NCBI GenBank assembly: GCA_963666205.1
Contig: OY762654.1
Coordinates: 1,440,001 to 1,504,000 of the forward strand
Length of the DNA stretch: 64,000 nt
Origin: Synergistales bacterium
GTDB taxonomy: Bacteria > Synergistota > Synergistia > Synergistales > JAFGMB01
Direction of reading: 5' to 3'
In this document: one piece after another, positions 47,176 to 57,991 of the stretch
Layout: each line of letters begins with the position of its first letter
How positions within the stretch are numbered: position 1 is the stretch's first letter
Translations under genes and position numbers: made by a program
Notes under the pieces: model-generated
The model's input: only the letters and a program-made list of their open reading frames with translations
Told to the model about the DNA's origin: nothing
Database searches by the model: none

Positions 47176-49341
47176 ATGAATGCTAAAACTCCAATAGAAA
47201 AAATGAATATCATCAAGTCTTTTAATTATGAACCCGCAGATATCAGAAAAGGTTACACGGACCGGATACTCCATCTGAATATCTCAGAACATTCCTTTGA
47301 GAACAAGGCAGTACCTTCGGATATGAAAAGGAATTTCATCGGAGGAAAGGGTTATGGGATGAAACTTCTATGGGATGCAGTCGATGGAAGAACATCCTGG
47401 GATCATCCTGATAATGAATTCATAGTCTCACCTGGGCCAGTATGTGGAACAACACAATACCCCGGCTGCGGCAAATCAATAGTAGTGACCCTCTCCCCAC
47501 TTACAGGAACTGCTATAGACAGCAATGTTGGAGGATACTTCGGCCCCCTTATGAAATGCGCAGGCTGGGATGTCCTGGAAATAAAAGGGAAATCGGATAA
47601 AGACATCATTATAGTAATAGACGGCGATAAAGGACAGATACTCCTCATAGAAGATTACCTCGATAGTAGTGACAGCCACCTTGTTGCAGCCCAGCTCACC
47701 AGGGATATGGCAAGGGATGAAACAGACAGGCCCAATGTTGCAGTTGTCTCCGCGGGCAGGGGAGCTGAGAACTCTCTCTGGGGAATGGTTAATTTTTCCC
47801 TTTATGACCGCCGCCGCAAGGATGTTCGGCTAAAGCAGGCCGGCAGGGGTGGTACTGGAACAGTCCTGAGAAACAAAGGAATAAAAGCCATTGTTGTCAG
47901 ATCCTCTATTTACCTTGGAGACATGAACAAGGCTCAGGATCCTGCCATTGTAAGAGATCTAGGGCTCAAGGTCCACAAAGAGATATTTACCCTGGACAAC
48001 AAACAGATCAAGATGAGGAAAAGCGGCACTTCCTTCCTTGTCGAACTCTGCAACAGCTATGAACTTCTCCCCGTAGAAAATTACAAGTATGGATCAAGCC
48101 CCGAACACTACAAGGTTAAAAGGGAGGTCTGGGAAAAAGCATTTACCCAGGGTATTCCTGATGGCTGCTGGTACGGATGCAGCATCCAGTGTGCAAAAGC
48201 AGTAGACGGATTTACCCTTGCCACAGGACCATACAAAGGAGAAAAAGTCATCGTGGATGGGCCTGAATATGAGACTATCGGTGCCCTTGGAACAAATTGC
48301 GGGATATTTGATCCTGTCCATATCCTGGAAGCTAATTTTTACTGCGATACATACGGTCTTGACACAATAGGAGTAGGAACCGGAACGGCCTTCGTAATGG
48401 AATGTTATGAACTTGGAATTCTTGACAGGGAAAAAACGGGGGGACTGGAACTTACCTTCGGTAATAAGGATGCCGCCATTGAACTTCTCCATCAGATTGG
48501 GAATGGAGAGGGTTTTGGAAAGATCGCCGGGAAGGGCATAAAGAAAATGAAAGAACACTTCATCAGGGAATTCGGTTCCGACCCGGTTATTCTGAATGAT
48601 ATCGGAATGGAAACCAAGGGACTTGAGTATTCGGAGTATGTGACTAAAGACTGTATCTCTCAACAGGCAGGTTTTGCCATGGCCAACAAGGGACCTCAAC
48701 ATGATGAAACATGGATGATGGGTATGGAAGTAATAAACAAGGAACTGCCTTCTTTGGGAGATAAGGTGGAAGCTATCTACTGGTTCTCTCTCTTCAGGAC
48801 ATGGTTCAGCCTTAATGGAACATGCAAAATGCCCTGGGCAGATATCGTACCAAAGGACAACTATCTTAAACCCAAAGCTGCAAGGGTCCCTGAACACGTG
48901 GAGAATCTTGTAAAACTCTACAGTGCAGTTACAGGGAATGAGATAGATGAAGAAGAAATGATACGGCAGTCCGAGCGGGTACACAACCTTCAGCGGGTCC
49001 TGAATGTCAAGATGGGAATCTGGGGAAGAGAAAAGGATACACCCCCCTACAGGGCAATGGGACCTGTAACTGAAGAAGAATATCTTCACAGAAAAGAATA
49101 TTACGATGAAATGATTCGGTCTCAGATCAAAGGAATACCCGATACCATGAAAATTAAGGAAAAACTTTCAGTCATAAGGGAATATAAGGAGGACAATTAC
49201 AGAACCCTCCAGCAGATGATCTATCAGAAAAGAGGATGGAATGAAGAAGGTGTGCCAAAACCGGAAACCCTTAAAAGATTGGGTATAGATTATCCGGACC
49301 TTATGAATACGGTTGAGAAAGCACTGGTTCAAAAAAATTAA
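47176..49341 (+). CDS. Aldehyde:ferredoxin oxidoreductase (tungstopterin family)
   Basis: SPLTG..DSNVGG, AGRGG, CWYGCSIQC, GPEYET, DTYGLDT, RGWNEEGVP. Confidence 0.92.
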   Translation: MNAKTPIEKMNIIKSFNYEPADIRKGYTDRILHLNISEHSFENKAVPSDMKRNFIGGKGYGMKLLWDAVDGRTSWDHPDNEFIVSPGPVCGTTQYPGCGKSIVVTLSPLTGTAIDSNVGGYFGPLMKCAGWDVLEIKGKSDKDIIIVIDGDKGQILLIEDYLDSSDSHLVAAQLTRDMARDETDRPNVAVVSAGRGAENSLWGMVNFSLYDRRRKDVRLKQAGRGGTGTVLRNKGIKAIVVRSSIYLGDMNKAQDPAIVRDLGLKVHKEIFTLDNKQIKMRKSGTSFLVELCNSYELLPVENYKYGSSPEHYKVKREVWEKAFTQGIPDGCWYGCSIQCAKAVDGFTLATGPYKGEKVIVDGPEYETIGALGTNCGIFDPVHILEANFYCDTYGLDTIGVGTGTAFVMECYELGILDREKTGGLELTFGNKDAAIELLHQIGNGEGFGKIAGKGIKKMKEHFIREFGSDPVILNDIGMETKGLEYSEYVTKDCISQQAGFAMANKGPQHDETWMMGMEVINKELPSLGDKVEAIYWFSLFRTWFSLNGTCKMPWADIVPKDNYLKPKAARVPEHVENLVKLYSAVTGNEIDEEEMIRQSERVHNLQRVLNVKMGIWGREKDTPPYRAMGPVTEEEYLHRKEYYDEMIRSQIKGIPDTMKIKEKLSVIREYKEDNYRTLQQMIYQKRGWNEEGVPKPETLKRLGIDYPDLMNTVEKALVQKN

Positions 49342-49370
49342 ATATCAGAAATACCAGGATCAAGGAGGTC

Positions 49371-50480
49371 TTGAAATTGCCAGTACCAAGTGTAAAAACA
49401 TTAATGCTTTCCCAGGATGATCTCATCAAAGTAGGAGTCCAGGACATGCCCAAATGCGTGGATGTCATAGAGGGTGTTTTCGAACTTCTGGGTAAAGGCG
49501 ACTACATGATGGGTGGTCCCCGGGAGAACGAGCACGGCCAGATGATCTGGTTCCCTGAAGAAAAAAGATTCAATATTCCAGTTACCGGCCCCGACAGACG
49601 TTTCATGGCTATGATCGCCTATCTCGGCGGAGAGTACAATATCTGCGGAGAAAAATGGTATGGCTCAAATGCGGAAAACAAGAAGAAGGGCCTCCCAAGA
49701 TCTATCCTGACCACCATTCTTAACGACGCTGATACAGGAATCCCCTTTGCGATCATGTCCGGTAACATGATAAGCGCCATGAGGACAGGGGCTGTTCCCG
49801 GAGTGGCAGCAAGACATCTTGGCCGCAAGGGCTCAAAAGTCATAGGAGCCATTGGCGCAGGCGTTATCAATAAAACATGCACCCTTGCCATCGCAGCAGG
49901 CGTAGGAACTATAGAAGAAGCAGTAGTCTACGATCCATTTCCCTCCGCTTCCAGGGCCTATGCTGAGGAAATGAAGGAGAAGCTCGGTATCAGTGTACGT
50001 ATAGTAGACACAATTAAAGAAGCTGTTGAAAATGCAGATGTCATTACTATCGCCACCTCTGGAGAAAACTTCCCCCGCATTGAAACGGAATGGCTGAAGA
50101 AGGGGGTCCTTCTAACCATGACAGGTGCGGCAGACATGGATGAAGAGGCTTTCCACAAATGTACCCTTTTTGCAGATAACTGGAAGATGCACCAGGCATT
50201 TATAGCCGATGGAAACGAACATCCCAAGGGTTTCACCGCTCTTGAAGTAATTGCACCTTCATACCCGCTTATCAAGCTTGTCAATGAAGGCAAAATTGAC
50301 GAAAAGGTCATCCGTAACCTTGGAGAAGTTGTTCTTGGTACCGATTCCGGCAGAAAAGACGATGATGAGAAGATCATTTTCGTTACCGGAGGGATGCCCG
50401 TACACGACCTGGCATGGGGTATGACCTTGTACAGGGAAGCGGTAAAACAGGGGCTTGGATCTGAATTCACGTTCTTTTAA
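49371..50480 (+). CDS. Ornithine cyclodeaminase/mu-crystallin family protein
   Basis: RFMAM, KWYGSN, SAMRTGA, IGAGVI, GGMPVHDLAW. Confidence 0.88.
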   Translation: MKLPVPSVKTLMLSQDDLIKVGVQDMPKCVDVIEGVFELLGKGDYMMGGPRENEHGQMIWFPEEKRFNIPVTGPDRRFMAMIAYLGGEYNICGEKWYGSNAENKKKGLPRSILTTILNDADTGIPFAIMSGNMISAMRTGAVPGVAARHLGRKGSKVIGAIGAGVINKTCTLAIAAGVGTIEEAVVYDPFPSASRAYAEEMKEKLGISVRIVDTIKEAVENADVITIATSGENFPRIETEWLKKGVLLTMTGAADMDEEAFHKCTLFADNWKMHQAFIADGNEHPKGFTALEVIAPSYPLIKLVNEGKIDEKVIRNLGEVVLGTDSGRKDDDEKIIFVTGGMPVHDLAWGMTLYREAVKQGLGSEFTFF

Positions 50481-50617
50481 AACCTGAATAAAACTCATAA
50501 AGCAGATAATATTTACACCTCTATGGGGCCCGGATCTTTTCGGGCCCCTTTACTTTTGTTATTCTGTAATTTAACATAGTAGTGTTATGCATAATATAAA
50601 CACAGGAGGGATAGTAA

Positions 50618-51238
50618 ATGATAGATCTTAAAAGAATGCCAGCCCTGCTATTGCTTGTAACTTTTATTCTAACTGCACTTTTACTGACTGGGGGCTTTGC
50701 CCAGGAACCGAGTTCCCGTTGCGGCCTTGTGACCCTCAATGATAAACCCCTGACTCTTGCGGGTGCAGAACTGAAAGTGGGAGACAAGGCTCCCGGATTT
50801 GAACTTCTTGATGTGGATAGTAACACTGTTTCAAAAGAGACATTCAAGGGAAAGATCATGGTTATCTCCGTCATGCCTTCCATCGACACTCCTACCTGAA
50901 TGAGCCAGATCCAGTGGCTGGCCGGTCAGGCTGGCGATCTCAAGGAGAATGTGGTCATCATCAACGTGAGTGTGGATCTTCCCTATGCCCTCAAAAGATA
51001 CAGGGAGGAAAAAGCAATTGAAAATGCGGTATTTCTCTCAGATCACCTCAACGGAAGCTTCGGAAAGGACTGGGGTGTTCTTCTGGAAGAGATAAGGCTT
51101 CTCGCCCGGGGACTTTTTATCGTCGACGAAAATGACATCATCCGTTATACCCAGGTAAGCCATGACGATCTCTTCTCAAAGAGCCTGAATTATGAGGAGA
51201 TCTCCATGGCACTGGATGAACTTAAGCTTTACAGATAA
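50618..51238 (+). CDS. tpx: Exported thiol peroxidase (Tpx-type peroxiredoxin), probable selenoprotein (Sec at UGA 50897-50899)
   Basis: Two in-frame ORFs separated only by TGA at the peroxidatic site PSIDTPT-U (Tpx PSIDTxVC); downstream SVDLPYA, FLSDH, FG..WGV, LARG. Confidence 0.85.
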
Positions 51239-51250
51239 CTGAAGTATTCT

Positions 51251-51295
51251 TAAGAGAAAGGGGGGAACCCGGAGGAAGGGATCCCCCCTTTCTTA
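51251..51295. terminator. Hairpin between convergent genes
   Basis: AGAAAGGGGGGA..TCCCCCCTTTCT. Confidence 0.65.
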
Positions 51296-51308
51296 TGATC
51301 AGCACAAC

Positions 51309-52100
51309 TTAAAAACTATATCCTACACTGGCATAAAGACCATCAAGATCTGTTCGGGCAAAATCACCGCTATCTTTAGCCTTTATCACCATGTTCCTGT
51401 ATCCGAGTGTAAGGAAAGCCCTGTCTGAAAAATGATAGGCAAGAATAGCTTTTCCATCGTAGATATAGCCGTAATCTTCAACAGATACCCCGGAAAAATA
51501 GAAATTGAAATTCCACTTTTCCGTAAATGGCCAGTCAAAACCAAAGCCCAGAACAGGAATTCCAATGAGAGTATCCTCAAACTCCCTTCTAGTATCCGGT
51601 TCTCCTGCTTCTTCAAGAGAAGCTTCGATCCGGTATCCCCTTATTCCTGCAAGCCAGAAAATCCGGCCCTTTCTGTTATTCAGATCATATTCCCGGAGAG
51701 GGAATTCCCAGTCAATGCCATACTGGGTTAACTCAAAGGTTCCCATGACCAGGGAATCAACTGGATATATTTCATCTTCCCATTCGATATCCCCTTCAAG
51801 ATGTTTGGTCCCGGAATTATCAGTAACCATATACTCAAAGGTCATGTGGGTACCGCTGCGATATATCCATCGAAGCCTTATTCCAAGAACACTGTCATCT
51901 GAGAAGCCGAAGAGATCAGTAAAATTTATAACTCTACCTGCATCACCGGCCTCAGATGTAAGATCATTACTCGGATCCCAGTAGAAAATCTCGGCCGAAA
52001 AATCCGTTGCTGTTGAAAGACCGCTCCATGCAAGCAATAGAAGCACTCCAATAAATAATGGTTTAAAAAATAGCTTCCCATTTACAAGTCTCATACTCAT
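51309..52100 (-). CDS. Putative outer-membrane beta-barrel protein
   Basis: Signal peptide, amphipathic strands, C-terminal VGYSF. Confidence 0.7.
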   Translation of the reverse strand: MSMRLVNGKLFFKPLFIGVLLLLAWSGLSTATDFSAEIFYWDPSNDLTSEAGDAGRVINFTDLFGFSDDSVLGIRLRWIYRSGTHMTFEYMVTDNSGTKHLEGDIEWEDEIYPVDSLVMGTFELTQYGIDWEFPLREYDLNNRKGRIFWLAGIRGYRIEASLEEAGEPDTRREFEDTLIGIPVLGFGFDWPFTEKWNFNFYFSGVSVEDYGYIYDGKAILAYHFSDRAFLTLGYRNMVIKAKDSGDFARTDLDGLYASVGYSF

Positions 52101-53782
52101 CCTTGCCTTTTCTCAAAAGTTTCCACAGCCTTGTCAAGGTTATAGAACATTCTCTCCTGTCCAAGGATCTCTCCCAATGGAGCTTTCCTCACCATTTCAA
52201 GGAAACTGGGGTTCAGACCGGCTAGCCAGAGTGTTATACCTGCTTCTGATAGCTTCTCCTCGAATTCCGTCATAACCTGAAGGGCAGTATATTCAATATC
52301 CGGAACGGCTGACAGTTCAAATATGAGAACCCGGGGTTCGTATCTATGTATAAAAGCCCACATTTTTTCCCCAAGCCTGGGTACGCTGGCGAAATTCATA
52401 CGTCCTTCTGTTCGAACAACAAGCAGGCCAGGCAAAGTCTCATCCTCTGGATGCTTTGGGGAAAGGGGTCGGTATATCCTGGTCCCGGGTTTCCTGCCAA
52501 CTGCATACAGTGGAGGATGGTTGGCCTGGTAAAGAAGGGTTACAAGAGATATAGCCACGGCCACCAGAATTCCCCTCAGGGTTCCCAGGAAAACCACTCC
52601 AGTCAGTGCAGCTATCCCCCACCAGAACTCTGTTTCTCTAACCCTTCTTATAGCTATGAAATCTGCGGGATTCAGCAGTCCAATGGTAGTAGCTACTACC
52701 ACTACTGCCAGGGTAGCCTTGGGCATGAGCTCTATAACAGGGGAAAGGAACAGGAGCACACCCAGAACAACCAAAAGAGTTACCACCTGGGATATCTGGC
52801 TACGAGCACCTGCATTACTGTTTACAGCCGTCTGGGAGGTTCCTCCTCCTGCGGGCAGGGCCTGGGAAAAAGCTCCCAACATATTGGCTATACCCAGTGC
52901 CCTCAGTTCCTGGTCAGGAACGGGACGGGGATCACCATGCCGGGCAAAGGTCCGACCGGCAGCAACTGTTTCCGTAAAGGACATGAGCGATATGCCGAGA
53001 GCACCAGGCCAAAGGACGGTAGAAAGAGACAGGGCCGGCATCCTCAGGGCAGGGAGGCCAGCCTGAACCTCGCCGATCAGTTCAACTCCCCATCGATCCA
53101 GACCCAGAATGAAGGAAAGGAGTATTCCTGTTATGACCGCAAAAAGCGGACCAGGGGCTTTGGGAATTGAATGCTTGAAGAAAATCAGAAGAGCTATCAT
53201 AAGTATAGAAACACAGAGAGTGGCAGGGACAGTTTCCGGAACATGATAAAGGATGGAAAGTATATCCCTGAAAAATCCGGCCTTGTCGATATGGATCCCC
53301 AGAAGCTTGGGAACCTGGTCAAGTATTATTACCAGGCCTATACCTGATTTGAATCCTGTCAGGACAGGGGTGGAAATAAAATTTGCGATAAAACCAAGAT
53401 GTAACAAACCTGCCAGAAACAGAAAAACCCCTGAGAGAAAAGCGAGCATGGCCGCAACTTCAAGAACCCCTTGGGACCCCACAGCACCAGTGACCAGAGA
53501 AAGCTCCGCGGCAACAAGAATAGCAATGGTGGAAGTGGAACTCACACTAAGTACCCTGGATGTACCCATAAACACATACACCAGCATGGGAAGGAAGGCT
53601 ACATATAACCCGACCTCAACGGGTAAACCCGCAATAGTGGCATATGCCATGGCCTTGGGAATGACAACAGCAGAAGCTGTAAGGCCCGCAATAAGATCTG
53701 AAGGCAACCACTCAGACCTGTAAAGGGGAAGCCATTCCAGTACGGGTAAAAGATCTGACAATTTTACAGAACTTATTTTCAT
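52097..53782 (-). CDS. SulP/SLC26 anion transporter with STAS domain
   Basis: DLIAGLT..IPKAMAYA.IAGLP...GLY, DQELRALG.AN, C-terminal STAS. Confidence 0.92.
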   Translation of the reverse strand: MKISSVKLSDLLPVLEWLPLYRSEWLPSDLIAGLTASAVVIPKAMAYATIAGLPVEVGLYVAFLPMLVYVFMGTSRVLSVSSTSTIAILVAAELSLVTGAVGSQGVLEVAAMLAFLSGVFLFLAGLLHLGFIANFISTPVLTGFKSGIGLVIILDQVPKLLGIHIDKAGFFRDILSILYHVPETVPATLCVSILMIALLIFFKHSIPKAPGPLFAVITGILLSFILGLDRWGVELIGEVQAGLPALRMPALSLSTVLWPGALGISLMSFTETVAAGRTFARHGDPRPVPDQELRALGIANMLGAFSQALPAGGGTSQTAVNSNAGARSQISQVVTLLVVLGVLLFLSPVIELMPKATLAVVVVATTIGLLNPADFIAIRRVRETEFWWGIAALTGVVFLGTLRGILVAVAISLVTLLYQANHPPLYAVGRKPGTRIYRPLSPKHPEDETLPGLLVVRTEGRMNFASVPRLGEKMWAFIHRYEPRVLIFELSAVPDIEYTALQVMTEFEEKLSEAGITLWLAGLNPSFLEMVRKAPLGEILGQERMFYNLDKAVETFEKRQG

Positions 53783-53850
53783 AAGAGCGCTCCCTGATAA
53801 AAAAGATGACCCGGAACCGGTTGAAATGTTCCAGGCCATCTTCCACAATG

Positions 53851-56217
53851 TCACTGTTTCATCATAAGTTTATTCATTTCAGCCTCGTCATCCTGAATGA
53901 GGTTTCCTGAAACATCTATGGTCACATGATCTATGGTGCCTGTAAATTCAAATGCTCCCTTGTAATCCTCAGGCACCACTGAATCTGCCGCATCATAACC
54001 GCAGCTGAGGCCTATGATCCCGAAACTTGAGGGAACAGTATAGGGGAACTCAACGTTTGCAACAAGTTTTCCATTGACATAGAGCTGTCCCTTTCCTTGC
54101 GAACCCTTCCCTACTGAAAAATCAGGTTTGCCGGTGGGCTCAAATTCATAGCGGAGGGAAAGCTTTCCAGCAGGCAACTTGTCAGGGGAGGAAACCCTGA
54201 ATTTCTCCAATGCCAGGTAGTTGTGAACATAATGGAGTCTGCCATCTTTAATGTAGAGAGCATAACCGCCATGACGGTTTCCATGGGCCAGAAGAACCCC
54301 TTCGGCACCAGCTTCAGGGATCTCCACTTCGGCAGTTATGCTGTGAGACCTGTTGAAAACTCTGGGGGTGGCTGCAAAGGGAACGGGGGATCCGCCCGGA
54401 TAGTAGGTAAAGGTACTCCTGTCCTTTGAGATCTTTGGTCTTGGAACGTTCATCCGGTTTATGTCCGCAGTTGCAAGAGGAAGTACTCCGTATTTGCCGG
54501 CCTCCGTGTACCATCGCTGGATCATTTCGTTGAGCTTTTCAGGATCCTTATCAGCCAGGTTATTTATCTCCGAAGGATCCTTCGCCACATGGTAGAGTTC
54601 CCAGCCATTCTTATCCAGATCTTTCAATACTTCGATTGTCAGGGGGCTCCCGAAAGCCCTGCCCTTGGTGGCTGCCTCGGCAAAACTTGGGCCGGGGAAG
54701 GGGCATACGGCCCTCCATCCATCATGGTAGATGGAACGATGGCCGAACATCTCGAAGTGTTGCGTAATGTGCCTGCTCTCTGCAGAAGCATCCTCGAAGG
54801 AGTTTGCAAAACTCACCCCCTGAATATCGGACTGGGCCACGCCTCTTATCGATTCAGGCGGATCCATATCAAGAGCTTCAAGGACCGTGGGAACCAGGTC
54901 GATAGCATGGGCGAACTGGGCACGGGTTTCCCCTCCTGCCTTTATTCTCTTCGGCCAGAAAACGATGCAGGGGTCACTTATACCTCCCCTGTAGGTCTCC
55001 CTCTTCCACCTTCTGAAAGGAGTATCTCCGGCCCAGGTCCATCCCCAGGAGTAATGACAGAAGGTATCGGGCCCTCCCCATTTATCTATGGCCTCTATGT
55101 TGTCTTCCAGTCTCTCGGGAACATGGTTGAAGAAAAGCCCTTCGTTGATAGAACCGTCAGGTCCACCCTCCGCGCTGGCACCGTTATCGGATATCACAAC
55201 GACCATGGTGTTATCCAGCGCTCCAAGTTTTTCCAGAAAATCGAGGATCCGGCCGAAATGATAGTCCGTCTGGGACACGAATCCCGCAAAGACCTCCATC
55301 TGCCTGGCATAAACCTTTTTTGCGATATCTGAAAGGGAATCCCAGGCGGAGATATCTGGATCTCTTTCGGACAATACTGTATCCGGTGGGACTATCCCCA
55401 TCTCTTTCTGCTTCTCCAGGACTATCTCCCTGTACCTGTCCCAGCCCATATCGAATTTTCCCTTGTACCTGTCGGCCCACTCCTTCTCCACATGGTGGGG
55501 AGCATGACCTGCGCCGGTGGCATAATAGAGGAAGAAGGGTTTATCAGGAGCATTGACATGGGCATCCTTGATAAAATCGATTGCATGATCTGCCAGATCG
55601 ATATTCAGGTGATAACCCTCTTCGGGGGTCTTCGGAGGTACCACACTGTGGTTGTCATAGGTCAGGTCAGGGTACCACTGGTCCGTATCCCCTCCCATGA
55701 ATCCATAATACCTTTCGAATCCTCTTCCAAGAGGCCATCCGCGATATGGACCGGCAGGGGTGGTCTCCTCGGGGGCGGTCAGGTGCCATTTGCCTATGCA
55801 GAAGGTGTTATAGCCTTTCTCCTGAAGCATCTCGGGGAGAAAACCGTGTTCAAGCCCCACCATTCCGTTATGGGCAGGGAAACCCATGGAAAGCTCCGTA
55901 ATTGCAGACAATCCCAGGGTATGATGGTTCCGTCCGGTGAGGATACAGCCCCTGGTGGGAGAACAGAGGGCCGTGGTATGCATATTTGTATAACGGAGCC
56001 CCTTTTCGGCCAGACGATCCAGATTGGGAGTCTCCACCAGTCCTCCAAAGGGAGAAAGCTGCCCGAAACCCACATCGTCAATGACGAAGAAAATAATATT
56101 GGGAGAACCTTCCCTGGCTCTGACCGGAGAAGGCCAGGCCGAAGTAGATTCATCCAGGGTCCTGCCTATCTTGCCGGGAAAGGGAGTCCCCGGCTTGTAT
56201 TCTCTTATCTCATCCAC
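53851..56217 (-). CDS. Arylsulfatase (Cys-type, C-terminal LamG-like domain)
   Basis: DDVGFG, CSPTR, GKWHL, SDNG. Confidence 0.93.
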   Translation of the reverse strand: MDEIREYKPGTPFPGKIGRTLDESTSAWPSPVRAREGSPNIIFFVIDDVGFGQLSPFGGLVETPNLDRLAEKGLRYTNMHTTALCSPTRGCILTGRNHHTLGLSAITELSMGFPAHNGMVGLEHGFLPEMLQEKGYNTFCIGKWHLTAPEETTPAGPYRGWPLGRGFERYYGFMGGDTDQWYPDLTYDNHSVVPPKTPEEGYHLNIDLADHAIDFIKDAHVNAPDKPFFLYYATGAGHAPHHVEKEWADRYKGKFDMGWDRYREIVLEKQKEMGIVPPDTVLSERDPDISAWDSLSDIAKKVYARQMEVFAGFVSQTDYHFGRILDFLEKLGALDNTMVVVISDNGASAEGGPDGSINEGLFFNHVPERLEDNIEAIDKWGGPDTFCHYSWGWTWAGDTPFRRWKRETYRGGISDPCIVFWPKRIKAGGETRAQFAHAIDLVPTVLEALDMDPPESIRGVAQSDIQGVSFANSFEDASAESRHITQHFEMFGHRSIYHDGWRAVCPFPGPSFAEAATKGRAFGSPLTIEVLKDLDKNGWELYHVAKDPSEINNLADKDPEKLNEMIQRWYTEAGKYGVLPLATADINRMNVPRPKISKDRSTFTYYPGGSPVPFAATPRVFNRSHSITAEVEIPEAGAEGVLLAHGNRHGGYALYIKDGRLHYVHNYLALEKFRVSSPDKLPAGKLSLRYEFEPTGKPDFSVGKGSQGKGQLYVNGKLVANVEFPYTVPSSFGIIGLSCGYDAADSVVPEDYKGAFEFTGTIDHVTIDVSGNLIQDDEAEMNKLMMKQ

Positions 56218-56352
56218 TTCAATTACCTCCTTTCGATTTTTTCGAGGAGAGAGTTGAAGTTTGGTAAACAGAAAAAGGGAAATGACATTGTCAGAAATAT
56301 ATCTCTCGACCAGGAAAAGTTAATTGGGGTATTTTATGAATAAACCCAACCA

Positions 56353-57843
56353 CTAATGTTTTGCTCCGCCGCTGCTGTCCTCGAGTTGTTCAAGCACTGC
56401 ATCCAGATTGAAGGATGCCGGTTTCTGCCGGGGAGGGAAATTCCTGAAGGATTCGATCTGATCCGCAACCAGTGCCTGCATTCCGTAGATCAGGTAAGCG
56501 TGGGAGATCAGCCAGTCCCAGTACGTGTTTGAATTGTGATCGGCACGCTCGAAGGGATCCCTGCGAAGATTGAAAATCTTGGGGCCTCTAAGCTTCACGA
56601 AGGGCTCAAACCAGCAGAATAACTGTCTCTCTCGCTGTTCCATGAGCACAGCCTTCCAGTCTTTGTGCCGGATAGCCAGGACATCACCATCATCACTGAT
56701 GTAGAAAAAGCTCTCCCTGGGACTATCTTTCACTTCGCCCGTCAGATAGGACAGCATGTTGAAGCCATCGATGTGACAGTTAAAGGTCTTTTCCCCCACC
56801 TTACAGCCCTTGAGAAGCTTTTCCTTAACCTCCCCATCTCCTGCCGCCGCCAAAAGTGTGGGCAGCCAGTCCTGATGAGACACGATACCGTTCAGGACAG
56901 ACCCTGACTCGATCTTCCCGGGCCAGCGAACAAAGGCTGGTACCCTCCAGCCGCCTTCCCAGTTGGTGTTCTTCTCACTGCGGAAGGGGGTAATTCCGGC
57001 ATCAGGCCAGGTGTTATAGTGTGGTCCGTTATCTGTGGAGTACATTACAATGGTGTTATCCGCTATTCCCAGTTCGTCCAGCTTATTCAGCAGTTCGCCA
57101 ACATGTTCATCATGAGCAACCATGGCATCGTTGTAGAATCCCTGGCCACTCTTGCCTTTATGCTTTTCAGCAACGTGTGTCCGGAAATGCATAGCCGTCG
57201 TGTTGTACCATACAAAGAAGGGTTTGTCCTCCCTGTGAGCATCCTCTATGAAACGCAGGGAATGGCCGGTGGCCTCATCGTCGATGGTCTCCATCCGTTT
57301 CCTGGTCAGCGGCCCGGTATCCTCGATCTTCTGTCCGCCTTTTCCATCGGCATGGCAGTGTAACACACCCCGGGGGCCGAACCGCTTTCTGAACTTAGGA
57401 TCTTTTGGATAATCCGGATCTTCAGGCTCCTCTTCAGCATTCAGATGGTACAGATTGCCGAAAAACTCATCAAAACCATGCATGGTGGGGAGAAACTCGT
57501 CTCTGTCACCAAGGTGATTCTTCCCGAACTGCCCCGTTTTATAGCCCATGGGTTTCAGCAGCTCTGCTATTGTAGGATCTTCTGCGGGCATACCCACAAC
57601 TGCTCCAGGCATGCCCACTTTGGTCAGCCCTGTCCGGATGGGATTCTGGCCGGTTATAAAGGCAGCCCTGCCAGCAGTGCAGCTCTGCTGGGCATAGTAA
57701 TCGGTAAAGGCAACCCCTTCGTTTGCTATCCTGTCAATGTTCGGGGTCCGGTACCCCATCTGCCCCCTGCTGTTGTAGCTTATGTTCCACCATCCTATAT
57801 CATCTCCCCATATAATGAGGATATTCGGCTTTTTATCAGCCAT
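56353..57843 (-). CDS. Arylsulfatase (Cys-type)
   Basis: PNILIIWGDDIG, CTAGR, GKNHLG, TDNG. Confidence 0.93.
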   Translation of the reverse strand: MADKKPNILIIWGDDIGWWNISYNSRGQMGYRTPNIDRIANEGVAFTDYYAQQSCTAGRAAFITGQNPIRTGLTKVGMPGAVVGMPAEDPTIAELLKPMGYKTGQFGKNHLGDRDEFLPTMHGFDEFFGNLYHLNAEEEPEDPDYPKDPKFRKRFGPRGVLHCHADGKGGQKIEDTGPLTRKRMETIDDEATGHSLRFIEDAHREDKPFFVWYNTTAMHFRTHVAEKHKGKSGQGFYNDAMVAHDEHVGELLNKLDELGIADNTIVMYSTDNGPHYNTWPDAGITPFRSEKNTNWEGGWRVPAFVRWPGKIESGSVLNGIVSHQDWLPTLLAAAGDGEVKEKLLKGCKVGEKTFNCHIDGFNMLSYLTGEVKDSPRESFFYISDDGDVLAIRHKDWKAVLMEQRERQLFCWFEPFVKLRGPKIFNLRRDPFERADHNSNTYWDWLISHAYLIYGMQALVADQIESFRNFPPRQKPASFNLDAVLEQLEDSSGGAKH

Positions 57844-57991
57844 TTCTTAATCACTTCCTTTCTGAAAAATCTTCAAACCAGAGCAGAATATAGATTCCAT
57901 CAGTAAGAAGGATGTTATTACGGCTTGAACTATTCCATTTTATCTGGTTGTACCATCTATCCTTCCCCTCCGCTCAGGATGGGAATATAGC

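Noticed and set aside
50618-51238. Two separate genes or a tpx pseudogene
   Set aside because: The stop is UGA exactly at the catalytic Cys column in an otherwise intact frame, so Sec is more parsimonious
48094-56343. Long antisense ORFs (48094-49089, 52346-53170, 54589-55332, 55492-56343)
   Set aside because: Shadows of well-supported genes on the opposite strand
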